Of a stretch of 64,000 nt of DNA, positions 1 to 12,900 are shown one piece after another. Made by a program: the position numbers and the translations under genes. The notes below the pieces were generated by a model. It was not told the origin of the DNA. It did not search any database and saw only the letters and a program-made list of their open reading frames with translations. The stretch lies in NCBI GenBank assembly GCA_964016885.1, contig OZ024742.1, forward strand, positions 130,138,001 through 130,202,000, in the 5' to 3' direction. How positions within the stretch are numbered: position 1 is the stretch's first letter; every line of letters starts with the position of its first letter. The DNA is from Eledone cirrhosa (Eukaryota).

Positions 1-1460
1 AGTGGTGGTAATGGTAGTGGTGGTAATGGTGGTAGTGGTAGTGGTGGTAGTGGTGGTAGTGGTAGTGGTAGTAGTGGTAGTGGTGGTAGTGGTGGTAGTG
101 GTGGTAGTGGTGGTAATGGTAGTGGTGGTAGTGGTAGTGGTGGTGGTAGTGGTGGTGGTGGTAGTATGGTGGTAGTGGTAGTGGTAGTAGTGGTAGTGGT
201 GGTAGTGGTGGTAGTGGTGGTGGTGGTAGTGGTAGTGGTGGTAATGGTAGTGGTGGTAGTGGTAGTGGTGGTAGTGGTAGTGGTGGTAGTGGTAGTGGTG
301 GTAGTGGTAGTGGTGGTAATGGTAGTGGTGGTAGTGGTAGTGGTGGTAGAGGTAGTGGTGGTAGTGGTAGTGGTAGTGGTAATGGTAGTGGTGGTGGTGG
401 TAGTGGTGGTGATTTTAAATCACTATGATATGATAACCACTGGAATTATTATATTGATAGGGAAAAGATACAGAAGACAATATCAATAATGGCAGTGATG
501 GTGATGATGGTATTGAAGATAATGGTATTGGTGCTGATGATGATGATGGTGATAGTATTGAAGATAATGGTATTGGTGCTGATGATGATGATGGTGATAG
601 TATTGAAGATAATGGTATTGGTGCTGATGATGATGATGGTGATAGTATTGAAGATAATGGTATTGGTGCTGATGATGATGATGGTGGTGAGGAGGAGGAT
701 AGTAATGAAGATAATGATGATGATGATGATTATGAATGATGGTGATGATTATGATGATTATGAATGATGGTGATGATGATGATGATAATGGTGGTGATGA
801 TGATGATGGTGATGATGATAATGGTGGTGATGATGATGATGATAATGGTGGTGATAATGATAATGGTGGTGATGATGATGATGATAATGGTGGTGATGAT
901 AATGGTGGTGATGATAATGGTGATGATGATAATGGTGGTGATGATGATAATGGTGGTGATGATGATAATGGTGGTGATGATAATGGTGATGATGATAATG
1001 GTGGTGATGATGATAATGGTGGTGATGATGATAATGGTGGTGATGATAATGGTGATGATGATAATGGTGGTGATGATGATAATGGTGGTGATGATGATGA
1101 TGGTGGTGGTGATGATGATGATAATGGTGGTGATGATAATGGTGGTAATGATGATGATGATGATAATGGTGGTGATGATAATGGTGGTGGTGATGATGAT
1201 GATGATAATGGTGGTGATGATAATGGTGGTGATGATGATGATAATGGTGGTGATGATGATGATAATGGTGGTGATGATGATGATAATGGTGGTGATGATA
1301 ATGGTGGTGATGATATGATGGTGAATGATGATGATGATAATGGTGATGGTGGTGTTAATTAGGTCGATGATGATGGTGATGATGATGATGATGGTAATGA
1401 AGATGATGATGATGGTGACGGTGATAATGGTAGTGATGATAATGATGGTGATGATGATGA
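1..1460. repeat. GTG/GTA then GAT/GGT trinucleotide-based low-complexity repeats
   Basis: Directly visible (GTGGTA)n and (GATGAT/GGTGGT)n arrays. The ORFs here are poly-V/M/D/G. Confidence 0.95.
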
Positions 1461-1594
1461 TCTAGCAATAAGTTAGTGTAAGCAAGTGATGGTGAAACCT
1501 ACACTATTCTTAACTGTCAATTCTAACAGGGATGAGAATTATGTTTCCATGGTGACTGAACACAAATGCATCAGCCAACCTGAATATTCCTTCC

Positions 1595-2980
1595 ACCACC
1601 CCCACATCCATACCACCCCCACATCATACCACCACCACCACATCAATACCACCACAAGCACATCAATACCACCACCACCACATCCATACCACCACCACCA
1701 CATCAATACCACCACCACCACATCAATACCACCACCATTATTACCAGTACCACCACCACATCCATACCACTACCATCGCTACTACCACAACCACATCAAT
1801 ATCACCACCACTACCACCACCACATCAATACCACCACCATTATTACCAGTACCACCACCACATCCATACCACTACCATCGCTACTACCACAACCACATCA
1901 ATATCACCACCACTACCACCACCACATCAATACCACCACCATTATTACCAGTACCACCACCACATCCATACCACTACCATCGCTACTACCACAACCACAT
2001 CAATATCACCACCACTACCACCACCACATCAATACCACCACCATTATTACCAGTACCACCACCACATCCATACCATCACCATCGCTACTACCACAACCAC
2101 ATCAATATCACCACCACTACCACCACCACATCAATACCACCACCATTATTACCAGTACCACCACCACATCCATACCATCACCATCACCATTGCTACTACC
2201 ACCCCCACTATGATCATACCAGATCAATACCACCACCACATCCATACCATCACCATCAATACCACTACCATCGCTATTATCATCATCATTATTACCACAA
2301 CCACCACCACCATCACCATCAATAACACCACTACCATCACCACCACAGTCACGACGACCACCACCACAGCCACCACAACACCACCACCGCCACTACCACA
2401 GCCACCACTACCATCAACACTACTAAGGCAATCACCACCACCACAACCACCACCACAGCAGCCACCACTATACCACCACCACCACCACCACCACCACACC
2501 ACCACAACACCACCAACACCACAGCCACCACCACCACCACCATCACCACCAACACCACAGCCACCACTACCATCAACACTACTACAGCAATCACCACCAC
2601 CAGCACCACCACCACCACCACAACACCACCACCACCAACACCACCACAGCCACCACAACAACACCACCACCACCACCACCACAACACCACCACAACCACC
2701 ACCACAGCAGCCACCACTATACCACCACCACCACCACCACCACACCACCACAACACCACCAACACCACAGCCACCACCACCACCACCATCACCACAGCCA
2801 CCACCAACACCACAGCCACCACTACCATCAACACTACTACAGAAATCACCACCACCAGCACCACCACCACCACAGCCACCACAGCCACCACAACACCACC
2901 ACCACCACCACCACCACAACCACCACAACAACACCACCACCACCACCACCACCATAGCCACCACAACCACCATCAACACC
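1595..2980. repeat. CAC-rich low-complexity region including a 102-bp tandem repeat (~4.5 copies, ~1715-2180)
   Basis: A 34-codon unit (SIPPPLLPVPPPHPYHYHRYYHNHINITTTTTTT) repeats in the ORF track. The rest is (CAC/CAA)n. Confidence 0.9.
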
Positions 2981-3204
2981 TCAGTGCAATATTCACTAGT
3001 AGTACACAAATAGTATATTGAAAGAATTCAAAACAAAAAATAAAAAATAGAGAAGAAAAAAAACAAAAACAAAAAGCCAAATCAAAAATCAAAGAAATTG
3101 AACCTGTTACAAGAGGAAACTACATAGAAATTTCCATTAATATCTTATTGAAATTGGTAGGTTTAATAATCTACATGAAACTGGTAAAAATCTTTGGAAA
3201 AGTT

Positions 3205-3224
3205 ATATATATCATACATAGATT

Positions 3225-3309
<85 letters not shown>

Positions 3310-3420
3310 ATATATATATGTGTGTGTGTGTGTGCGTGTGTGTGTATATATATGTGTGTGTATGTATACATATATATATATAGGCGTATGTGTATATATA
3401 TATATATGTGAGAGTGTGTG

Positions 3421-3460
<40 letters not shown>

Positions 3461-3571
3461 TATGTGTATGTATATATATATATGTGCATGTATGTATGTA
3501 TATATATATATATATGTGTATGTGTATGTATATATATATGTGTGTGTATGCATATATATAACATGTGTGTG

Positions 3572-3604
<33 letters not shown>

Positions 3605-3660
3605 ATATATGTATATATATATATATTTGTGTGTGTATGTATAAATATATATATATGTGT
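3205..3660. repeat. TA/TG dinucleotide microsatellite
   Basis: Directly visible. Confidence 0.95.
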
Positions 3661-3725
3661 GTTGCAGGTTCAATCTGAGGTAACCACAGTAAGTAAAGTA
3701 CTCAATACATAAGTAGAGTATATAG

Positions 3726-3849
3726 AAAATTTAATATAGAAATGGCTTTTACGGGACTAGAACTGTTTCATTCGAAGGAAATCATCATGAGGATTTCCTT
3801 CGAATGAAACAGTTCTAGTCCAGTAGAAACCATTTCTATATTAAATTTT
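3726..3849. repeat. Long fold-back palindrome (~62-bp arms); a degenerate second copy lies at ~3975-4073
   Basis: AAAATTTAATATAGAAATGG...GACTAGAACTGTTTCATTCGAAGGAAATC pairs with GATTTCCTTCGAATGAAACAGTTCTAGTC...CCATTTCTATATTAAATTTT, centred on TCATGA. Confidence 0.85.
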
Positions 3850-4073
3850 ATGTGTGTGAGTGTATATATATATATATATATATAATTATGGATGAATTTC
3901 TGATGATTATTGGGAGGTGACCACAGTTAAAATAGTACTCAATACATTAGTAGAGTATAGACATCTTTATTTTATATAGAAATTACTTCTACAAGGCTAG
4001 AACTGCTTCATTTATTTGATACTGATGATTTCATACATATGAAACAGTTCTAGTCCTGTAGAAGTCATTTCTA

Positions 4074-5587
4074 TCTTTATATATATATAAGCGAGGATGT
4101 GTGTGTGTCTGTGTACAACTTTGCATACTTAAGGCTTTTACAATTAACAACTGAATTTGACCACATTTTCTGTGCACGTTGCACAGGTCGCTAAGATTGT
4201 CACATCACAAACATTTTTCAAATCGACCCACGTTGAGCAATAAAAAATCGATATCAAAATTATCGGTAGAAAAATTGATGTTAGGGAGATAACAAACTTT
4301 ATTGACAATCCTTATAAAAAAAGGCAGATAACCAACTTTTCAGAAATATAAACATCACATTCATTTGAAGATAAATCACTAATATTATCATTTGTTTCTT
4401 GTTTATTCTTTGTTGCACTTTCAAAGTTAAAAAAACACGTTGTTTTAACTTGTTTCACTATATTAAGTGTTAATTTTCGCGTTAAGGGCCTAATCTCGCA
4501 GCAGTCTCGAATTGACGAGATTTTGATGATGGTTTGTTTATTTTTAGAACAATCGTTATGGGACTTTCCATTCAAACCATTGGGACCTACAACTTTTACA
4601 TTTTTAAAACTTTCATAAGCCATGTTGATACAAAAAAACAATTTGTTGCACTTTCAAAGTTAACTGTAACGCTTCAATTCATACATTTTGACTTTACAAC
4701 TTTTCACTACATATGCCCCGTAAAAGAAAGTATGCACATATTGGCTATTGGTCGAAGAAAACAATGCATGTAAATGACGCTCCGCTGATAACCGAAAATA
4801 GACAATCACTAAATGCGGTGAGTACAGTTATTGCAACATCTTTGTCCGCCGCTGAACATCAGTTAGTCGGCGAACCAATAATGCTAAAGCAACTGCTGCA
4901 GCACAAGCTGCAGAGACTACAGAGCAACGTGAAACACGCCTTGCTATGGATGCTACAGATACTGCTGCAGCAAGATCTGCAGAGACAGTACAAAAATATG
5001 AAAGACGCCGTGCGCGTAATGCTTCAGCTAATGTTGCAGCAAGAGCAATTGAGACTGAGCAAGAACGTCAAAGTCGGCATTTGAGAAATGCTTCAGCTAC
5101 TGCTACGGCACGAGCTGTAGAGACTGTAACAAGTCGAGCTATTCGGCTGGAGGGTAACGCTCAACGTAGAGCTTTATCGCGGGGTATTTCAAAGGCATCA
5201 CGCTCACAATGGTACCTGAAGGCAGTTAATTATGACCCTAATGTAAACTATCAAATCCATCCTGATATTCAAATATATGCCATGTCAAATACTTGCCAAC
5301 ATTATAAAGCTAAAAAGTGGGGGGAGAATCAGCTGGAATGTGCTGCTCCAATGGTAAGGTTAATTTGCCTACCCTTAGGAAATCACCGCAACCTCTCCAG
5401 ATGCTTCTAACAGGTAAGCATTCACAATCACGTGATTTTCTGAAGCATATCCGACAGTACAACATTGCGTTTCAAATGACCTCTTTCGGTGCAAAACGTC
5501 TGCTCACGAGTTGGCAGTCGAGATAATCTCTTTGCGTTTGTTCCGAAAAGAAAAACAAAGAATATCATCTATCCTGAAGTGCTTTAG
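4074..5587 (+). mobile_element. Internally deleted Helitron (Rep/Hel N-terminus fused to the extreme Pif1-helicase C-terminus)
   Basis: 5' end A|TC...TATATATAA-GAGGATGTGTGTGTGTCTG. Peptide GESAGMCCSNGKVNLP...FLKHIRQYNIAFQMTSFGA (Helitron N-terminal region) is joined at ~5500 to CSRVGSRDNLFAFVPKRKTKNIIYPEVL* (Helitron helicase C-terminus). No 3' CTAG end was found. Confidence 0.8.
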
Positions 5588-5809
5588 TGTTAACAAAAAA
5601 ACTTATTACAGCTCTGCCTTAAATTCACCGTACTCATTACATAACATACCAATGAATATGTCATGCAGGATATTTTAGATTATAAGTTAAAAATTTAACC
5701 ATACACAGCAAAGGATGCTCTCAAAGAATAGATTTTCTCTTATTCTACTCTCATTGTTTTTTTGTTTGTATACAACTCTGCTTTCATTACAACTTTTTGT
5801 TGATATACA

Positions 5810-6107
5810 AATGTTGGTATCACAAAAACATCCAGCCCACACTGTAAAGTGGCCGTGTGGGTGTCATGACAAAAAATGTGCCCAGTCAACACTTTAAAGT
5901 GGTTGTATAAGAGACACGGCAAAAAGCACCTAGCACACACTGTAAATGTGGTTGGCATTAGGAAGGACATCCAGCCATAGAAATCTAGCCAGAAACAGTC
6001 CTATATGAGCAAGACACGGCCACTCGACCCAACTTGCCTCTAATGGACAAACCGGTCTAACCCATGCTAGCATGGAAAATAGACGCCAAATAATGATGAT
6101 GATGACG
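5810..6107 (+). mobile_element. RTE-LINE 3'-UTR fragment or derived SINE tail
   Basis: Similar to the 3' UTRs at 16350-16647 and 51375-51659 (GGTTGGCATTAGGAAGGACATCCAGCC...CCCATGCTAGCATGGAA) and ends in (GAT)n. Confidence 0.75.
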
Positions 6108-6589
6108 ATATATAAAAGGGGAGGGAGAGAACTCTTCAGCTGTGTCAAAGACATGACAACCAAGTACACTCTGTAAAGTAGTTGGTGATAGGAAGAGCAT
6201 CTAGGTGTGTCAAAGTCATGACAACCACCCTAGTACTGATGGCATGATAAATGCACTAGGTTGAGTGTGGGAATGTTTTAAAAGAGAGAAGCTGGCTCCC
6301 TTTCCTACCTAGTCTATAGGAAGATAAGTAAACAAAATATATATATAATTAGTGATGCTTCTTCAGGTGCTTATATGAGTTTTGTAAGTGCCTGAAGAAG
6401 GGTCACCAAATTTGATGCCTCTTGTATTCTGGAGGTATGGTCAAATTTGGGCCTTGAAATCTTGGGTAGCACCTTTATTCCATGTATGAACATAAATAAA
6501 TAATATAAAGGACCGAGATCTCTGGTGGTATGCAATAATACAGAAGACTTGACTTCCCACGGGCACGGGCCAAAGATGAAGCATATGTA

Positions 6590-7130
6590 TAATTGTTGAT
6601 CTGGAAAAAGCGTTTGACAGAATCCCCGTAATGGGCTCTTAGAAAACTAGGAGTAGATGAGTTGCTTGTGAAGGCTGTACAAGCCATGTATAGAAGAGCA
6701 GTCAGCAAAGTTAGGATTTACAACAACTATAGCAAGGAATTTAGCTTGCAGGTTGGCATCCACCAGGGCTTTGTTCTTAGCCCTCTCCTGTTTATTATCA
6801 TTCTGAAGGCTATGACAGGGAAGTTTAAGACTGGATGCCCATGGAAACTCCTGTATGCAAATGATCTTGCTCTCATAACTGAATCTATGGCAGAATTAGA
6901 GAAGAAATTCCAAACCTAGAATTAAAGGGTCTTATAGTCAACCTGACAAACACTAAGGTCCTAGTAAGTAGAAGGTAAAACAGAGCCTTGATCCCCTTGG
7001 GGAAATAGTTTGGCTCAGTGAGTATGAAAGGTGTAGTTAGAAATTCCATCCTTTGTCTCAAATGCAAACTATGGATACACAAGAGATGTAGTGGGATCTC
7101 AGGTAGTTTAGCTAAGAATGTAGGTTTGAA
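6590..7130 (+). mobile_element. Degraded RTE-clade LINE reverse transcriptase fragment
   Basis: VDLEKAFDR..., GIHQGFVLSPLLF, CPWKLLYANDL. Homologous to 49950-50620. Confidence 0.85.
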
Positions 7131-7801
7131 CACACTCTAGGAAGCCTGAATAGAGTTGAGGGATGAGTCACATTTTGCAGAAAGTTCCAGCTGCCTATCA
7201 GTGGATCTCAAAGTACCCACATCAACCTTGGGTGAGATAGGTGGATTTTGAAGACAACTTTTGTTGGGAAGATTGAACGAAACCTGTGTGTGTGGAAGAG
7301 AGGGAGAGAGAGAGAGGGTGAGAGAGAGAGAGAGAGAGAGGGGGAGAGAGAGAGGGGGGAGAGAGAGAGAGAGAGCATGTATATATATGAGTAATTCAAA
7401 GAATTCTTTGAAGTCTCTCTTTCCAAAATGAATGGAGAAAATTCAAAACCTAAAACAGAACAAAGCAAAAAAAAAATGGAGTGTGGAGGAATACCTTCAT
7501 ACCAACCAATGCACAAAACCTATTCCTCATTGAGTTAATAATGTACAAAAATTATAATAAATAAATATATAGATTTAAATTGAAAATTATATCTTTTGTT
7601 CACACATGGCAAAATTTTGAGGAAAGAGACGATGCAAAATAAAAAAAAATTGAAAAAGAAAAACATACTAGGAACTAAATAAGACAAATTGCATCTAAAT
7701 GACATCCAAGATCTTGGAAGTTCACAAGAATTATAGTTATATAACAACAGATGAGCATTATTTTATAGAAATATAAGGATGATAATATAGAAATATGAGG
7801 A

Positions 7802-7854
<53 letters not shown>

Positions 7855-7861
<7 letters not shown>

Positions 7862-8301
7862 TAAGTATGTATACATACATACATATATGTATACAGACGT
7901 ACAGTAGTATGTATATATATATATATATATATACATACATGCACACACATATATATGTACGTATGGATTCACCGAACATTTATTATAATGCTCGGTGTGA
8001 GGAAAGTATATACTTTCAGACGTTCAATCATCTGGCAGGAAGGTATACGTTGCTGACGATAGCTAATAAGCTTGAAACTAGTACAGTGTTCCTTTGTCAG
8101 TGTTGAACAAACAAGCAACGATGGTTGCTAGACACTACGGCTTAATACGGGATGTTTTTTTACAAACACACCGAGCATTATAATAAATGTTCAGTGAATC
8201 CATATGTACATATATATGTGTGTGCATGTATGTATATATATATATACATACTACTGTACGTCTGTATACATATATGTATGTACGTATACATACTTATATT
8301 T
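7855..8301. repeat. Inverted repeat (~140-bp arms, 7855-7998 / 8168-8301) enclosing a hammerhead-like motif
   Basis: ATGGATTCACCGAACATTTATTATAATGCTCGGTGTG is the reverse complement (1 mismatch) of CACACCGAGCATTATAATAAATGTTCAGTGAATCCAT. The flanking microsatellite-like arms also mirror each other. Confidence 0.85.
8048..8088 (+). ncRNA. Minimal type I hammerhead ribozyme-like motif (Penelope-type)
   Basis: CGTTG-CTGACGA-T-AGCT(aata)AGCT-T-GAAAC-TA-GT-A-CAGTG. It has the CUGANGA and GAAA cores, helix II, a palindromic helix III (ACTAGT), a GUA cleavage triplet, and helix I with two G-U pairs. Confidence 0.6.
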
Positions 8302-8372
8302 AAGTAACAGCCGTACTAAGAGTGGGAAATGAAATTTTGTTTCATTTTTTCCGTTTATATATATATATATAT

Positions 8373-8711
8373 GCTTAGTGGTTAGAGCATTGGCCTTGCA
8401 ATCGAAAGGTTGTGAGTTCAATTTTCAGACCGGGTGATGTGTTGCTTCCTTGAGCAAGACACTTTATTTCACATTGCTCCAGTTTACTCAGCTGTAGAAA
8501 TGAGATGATAAGGACTGGGATCCCTATCATTCCACTCTAAAGTGGTTGCGGAGGTGCCATGGCAAAAAAGCACCCACCACTCACTGTAAATGAGGTTGGT
8601 GTTAGGAAGGGCATCCAGCTGTAGAAATCAAGCCAGAATCAGTTTCCGTCCCACCCTTGCAAGCAAGGAAAAGTGGACGTAAAATGATGATGATGATGAT
8701 GATGATGATGA
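8373..8711 (+). mobile_element. tRNA-derived SINE with RTE-like 3' tail
   Basis: Head GCTTAGTGGTTAGAGC...GTGAGTTCAA (A/B-box-like), tail shared with RTE 3' UTRs, (GAT)n end. Near-identical copy at 41427-41767. Confidence 0.85.
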
Positions 8712-9091
8712 TATATATATATACATATATATATACAAAGCTGGGACGAAGCTGGCGCGATGTGTGTATTTGTATTAAATGCAACATGTGCTAATAGTTA
8801 GTCACAGATTTGAATTTGATGTGTAAACACAGATAGTTAAGTCTTCTTCCTTGTTGAAAATCCAGGATTTGGCTACTGTCGTTTACCAATCGATTAATTG
8901 GTGAAATATATTTCTTTAATGAAATAAATACAAGGAAGATTAATCAATTTATAAGGTATCTATTTTTGAAGTTCTAGTTAAACTTTAATTAGTTACCCAC
9001 ATAGCTGTGTGTGCTTACACACTTTTACAGATTATCCCCCGTGATAGTTTCATGTTTATTTTAGATATATATATGTCAGTCAATTTCTAGT

Positions 9092-9133
<42 letters not shown>

Positions 9134-9909
9134 GTGTATGAGAGAGAGAGAGAGAGGGGGGAGAAAGAACTAGCTGAGCTAGCACAAAAAGAACCATTTT
9201 TATTTAAAGTTAGAGTGTGGGAACTGAAGTTGAAATAAATATTATTGGATATTATATGCGATTTTGAATTCAGATACAAAAATATGAACATGGGTGCTTA
9301 TATATGTCATCATAATCATCATCATTTTACATTTGCCTTCGATACTGGCATGGGTTGGATGGATCCTCATTGATGGAGTCAATTATTATTCAGAGCTACT
9401 ACCCACCCCTGATATTGTGGACAACCACATCTTGCTCATATGTTCCATTTGGGGCATGGGTTCTACAGCTGGTTGCTGTTTCTAACACAAAACACTGTAC
9501 AAAGCGTACTGTGTACATTTTATCATAGCAGTAATACTAGAGAGATCGTTATGTCCTCAGCAGAACTAAATGTAAAGTATAGCTAGTGTATCTACCAGTT
9601 TTAAAAAACACTAACAATTGACTGTTATCAATGAAATCTCTATATAAACCAGATTAATCAATGTGGCAAAGACAATGTGTAGTGACAATGGATATTTGCT
9701 GTATTTTCCACCGTGTGTAAATAAACTGGGTATGTGGTCTTTGAGGAATCCATTTTGGGCATGGCTTCTATAACTGGTGGCCCTTCTTAACACCAACCAC
9801 TGTATAGAGAGTATTGGGTGTAATTTATCATAGCAGCAATGCTAGAAAGGTGATTATGTCCTTGGTATGACTAAAGGCCCCTTTCAACCCTGCAAAAGAA
9901 TACTCGCAG

Positions 9910-12900
9910 GGTGGCCGTGGTGGTAGGGTGTTGTGGAAGAGAGACAGTGGTGGCAGTGGTGGTAGGGTGTTGTGGAAGAGAGACAGTGGTGGTAGGGTGT
10001 TGTGGAAGAGAGACAGTCGTGGTAGGGTGTAATGGAAGAGAGACAGTCGTGGTAGGGTGTTGTGGAAGAGAGACAGTGATGGTAGGGTGTAATGGAAGAG
10101 AGACAGGGGTGGTAGGGTGTTGTGGAAGAGAGACAGTGGTGGTAGGGTGGTGTGGAAGAGAGACAGTGGTGGTAGGGTGGTGTGGAAGAGAGACAGTGGT
10201 GGTAGGGTGTTGTGGAAGAGAGACAGAGGTGGTAGGGTGTTGTGGAAGAGAGACAGTGGTGGTAGGGTGGTGTGGAAGAGAGACAGTGGTGGTAGGGTGT
10301 TGTGGAAGAGAGACAGGGGTGGTAGGGTGTTGTGGAAGAGAGACAGTGGTGGTAGGGTGGTGTGGGGGAGAGAAAGTGGTGGTAGGGTGTTGTGGAAGAG
10401 AGACAGGGGTGGTAGGGTGGTGTGGAAGAGAGACATTAATGGTAGGGTGGTGTGGGGAAGAGACAGTGGTGGTAGGGTGTTGTGGAAGAGAGACAGGGGT
10501 GGTAGGGTAGTGTGGGGGAGAGACAGTGGTGGTAGGGTGGTGTGGGGTAGAGACAGTGGTGGTAGGGTGGTGTGGAAGAGAGACAGTGGTGGTAGGGTGG
10601 TGTGGAAGAGAGACAGTGGTGGTAGGGTGGTGTGGGGGAGAGACAGTGGTGGTAGGATGGTGTGGAACAGAGACAATGGTGGTAGGGTGGTGTGGTAGAG
10701 AGACAGTGGTGGTAGGGTGGTGTGGAAGAGACAGTGGTGGTAGGGTGGTGTGGGGGAGAGACAGTGGTGGTAGGGTGTTGTGGGGGAGAGACAGTGGTGG
10801 TAGGGTGTAGTGGAAGAGAGACAGTGGTGGTAGGGTGTTGTGGAAGAGAGACAGTGGTGGTAGGGTGTTGTGGAAGAGAGACAGTGGTGGTAGGGTGTTG
10901 TGGAAGAGAGACAGTGGAGGTAGGGTGCTGTGGAAGAGAGACAGGGGTGGTAGGGTGTAATGGAAGAGAGGCAGTGGTGGCAGGGTGTTGTGGAAGAGAG
11001 ACAGGGGTGGTAGGGTGTTGTGGAGGAGAGACAGTGGTGATAGGGTGTAGTGGAAGAGAGACAGTGGTGGTAGGGTGTAGTGGAAGAGAGACAGTGGTGG
11101 TAGGGTGTTGTGGAAGAGAGACAGTGGTGGTAGGGTGTTGTGGAAGAGAGACAGTGGTGGTAGGGTGTTGTGGAAGAGAGACAGGGGTGATAGGGGTGTG
11201 TGGAAGAGAGACAGTGGTGATAGGGTATAGTGGAAGAGAGACAGTGGTGGTAGGGTGTAGTGGAAGAGAGACAGTGGTGGTAGGGTGTTGTGGAAGAGAG
11301 ACAGTGGTGGTAGGGTGTTGTGGAAGAGAGACAGTGGTGATAGGGTGTTGTGGAAGAGAGACAGGGGTGATAGGGGTGTGTGGAAGAGAGACAGTGGTGG
11401 TAGGGTGTTGTGGGGGAGAGACAGTGGTGGCAGTGGTGGCAGGGTGGTGTGGAAGAGAGTCAGTGGTGGTAGGGTGTTGTGGAAGAGAGACAGTGGTGGT
11501 AGGGTGTTGTGGAAGAGAGACAGTGGTGGTAGGGTGTTGTGGAAGAGAGACAGTGGTGGTATGGTGTTCTGGACGAGACAGGGGTGGTAGGGTGGTGTGG
11601 AAGAGAGACAGTGGTGGTAGGGTGTTGTGGAAGAGAGACAGTGGTGGTAGGGTGGTGTGGGGGAGAGACAGTGGTGGTAGGGTGATGTGGGGGAGAGACA
11701 GTGGTGGTAGGGTGTTGTGGGGGAGAGACAGTGGTGGTAGGGTGTTGTGGAAGAGAGACGGTGGTGGTAGGGTGTTGTGGAAGAGAGACAGTGGTAGTAG
11801 GGTGTTGTGGAAGTGACAGTGGTGGTAGGGTGGTGTGGGGGAGAGACAGTGGTGGTAGGGTGTTGTGGAAGAGAGACAGTGGTGGCAGGGTGTTGTGGAG
11901 GAGAGACAGTGGTAGGGTGTTGTGGAACTGAGACAGTGGTGGCAGGGTGGTGTGGGGGAGAGACAGTGGTGGTAGGGTGTTGTGGGGGAGAGACAGTGGT
12001 GGTAGGGTGTAGTGGAAGAGAGACAGTGGTGGTAGGGTGTTGTGGAACAGAGACAGTGGTGGTAGGGTGGTGTGGTAGAGAGACAGTGGTGGTAGGGTGG
12101 TGGAAGAGACAGTGGTGGTAGGGTGGTGTGGTGGAGAGACAGTGGTGGTAGGGTGTTGTGGGGGAGAGACAGTGGTGGCAGGGTGTTGTGGAAGAGAGAC
12201 AGTGGTGGAAGGGTGTAATGGAAGAGAGGCAGTGGTGGCAGGGTGTTGTGGAAGAGAGACAGTGGTGGCAGGGTGTTGTGGAAGAGAGACAGTGGTGGTA
12301 GAGTGGTGTGGAAGAGAGACAGTGGTGGTAGGGTGTAATGGAAGAGAGACAGTGATGGTAGGGTGTTGTGGGGAAGAGACATTGGTGGTAGGGTGGTGTG
12401 GAAGAGAGACAGTGGTGGTAGGGCGTTGTGGGGAAGAGACATTGGTGGTAGGGTGGTGTGGAAGAGAGACAGTGGTGGTAGGGTGTTGTGGAAGAGAGAC
12501 ATTGGTGGTTGGGTGGTGTGGAAGAGAGACAGTGGTGGTAGGGTGTTGTGGAAGAGAGACAGTGGTGGTAGGGTGTTGTGGGGGAGAGACAGTGGTGGAA
12601 GGGTGGTGTGGGGGAGAGACAGTGGTGGTAGGGTGTTGTGGAAGAGAGACAGTGGTGGCAGGGTGGTGTGGGGGAGAGACAGTGGTGGTAGGGTGTTGTG
12701 GAAGAGAGACAGTGGTGGTAGGGTGTTGTGGGGAAGAGACAGTGGTGGCAGGGTGTTGTGGAAGAGAGACAGTGGTGGTAGGGTGTTGTGGAAGAGAGAC
12801 ATTGGTGGTAGGGTGGTGTGGAAGAGAGACAGTGGTGGTAGGGTGTTGTGGAAGAGAGACAGTGGTGGTAGGGTGTTGTGGGGGAGAGACAGTGGTGGCA

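Noticed and set aside
166-3712. Poly-V, G/D-rich, P/H-rich and YI-repeat ORFs
   Set aside because: Microsatellite translations.
7380-7470. Possible next minus-strand exon after the acceptor-like ttttgctttgttctgttttag
   Set aside because: In the phase required by the 52982 donor it reads R-F-stop, so there is no support.
8373-8450. tRNA gene
   Set aside because: Only A/B-box-like remnants continue into a SINE body, and there is no complete cloverleaf.
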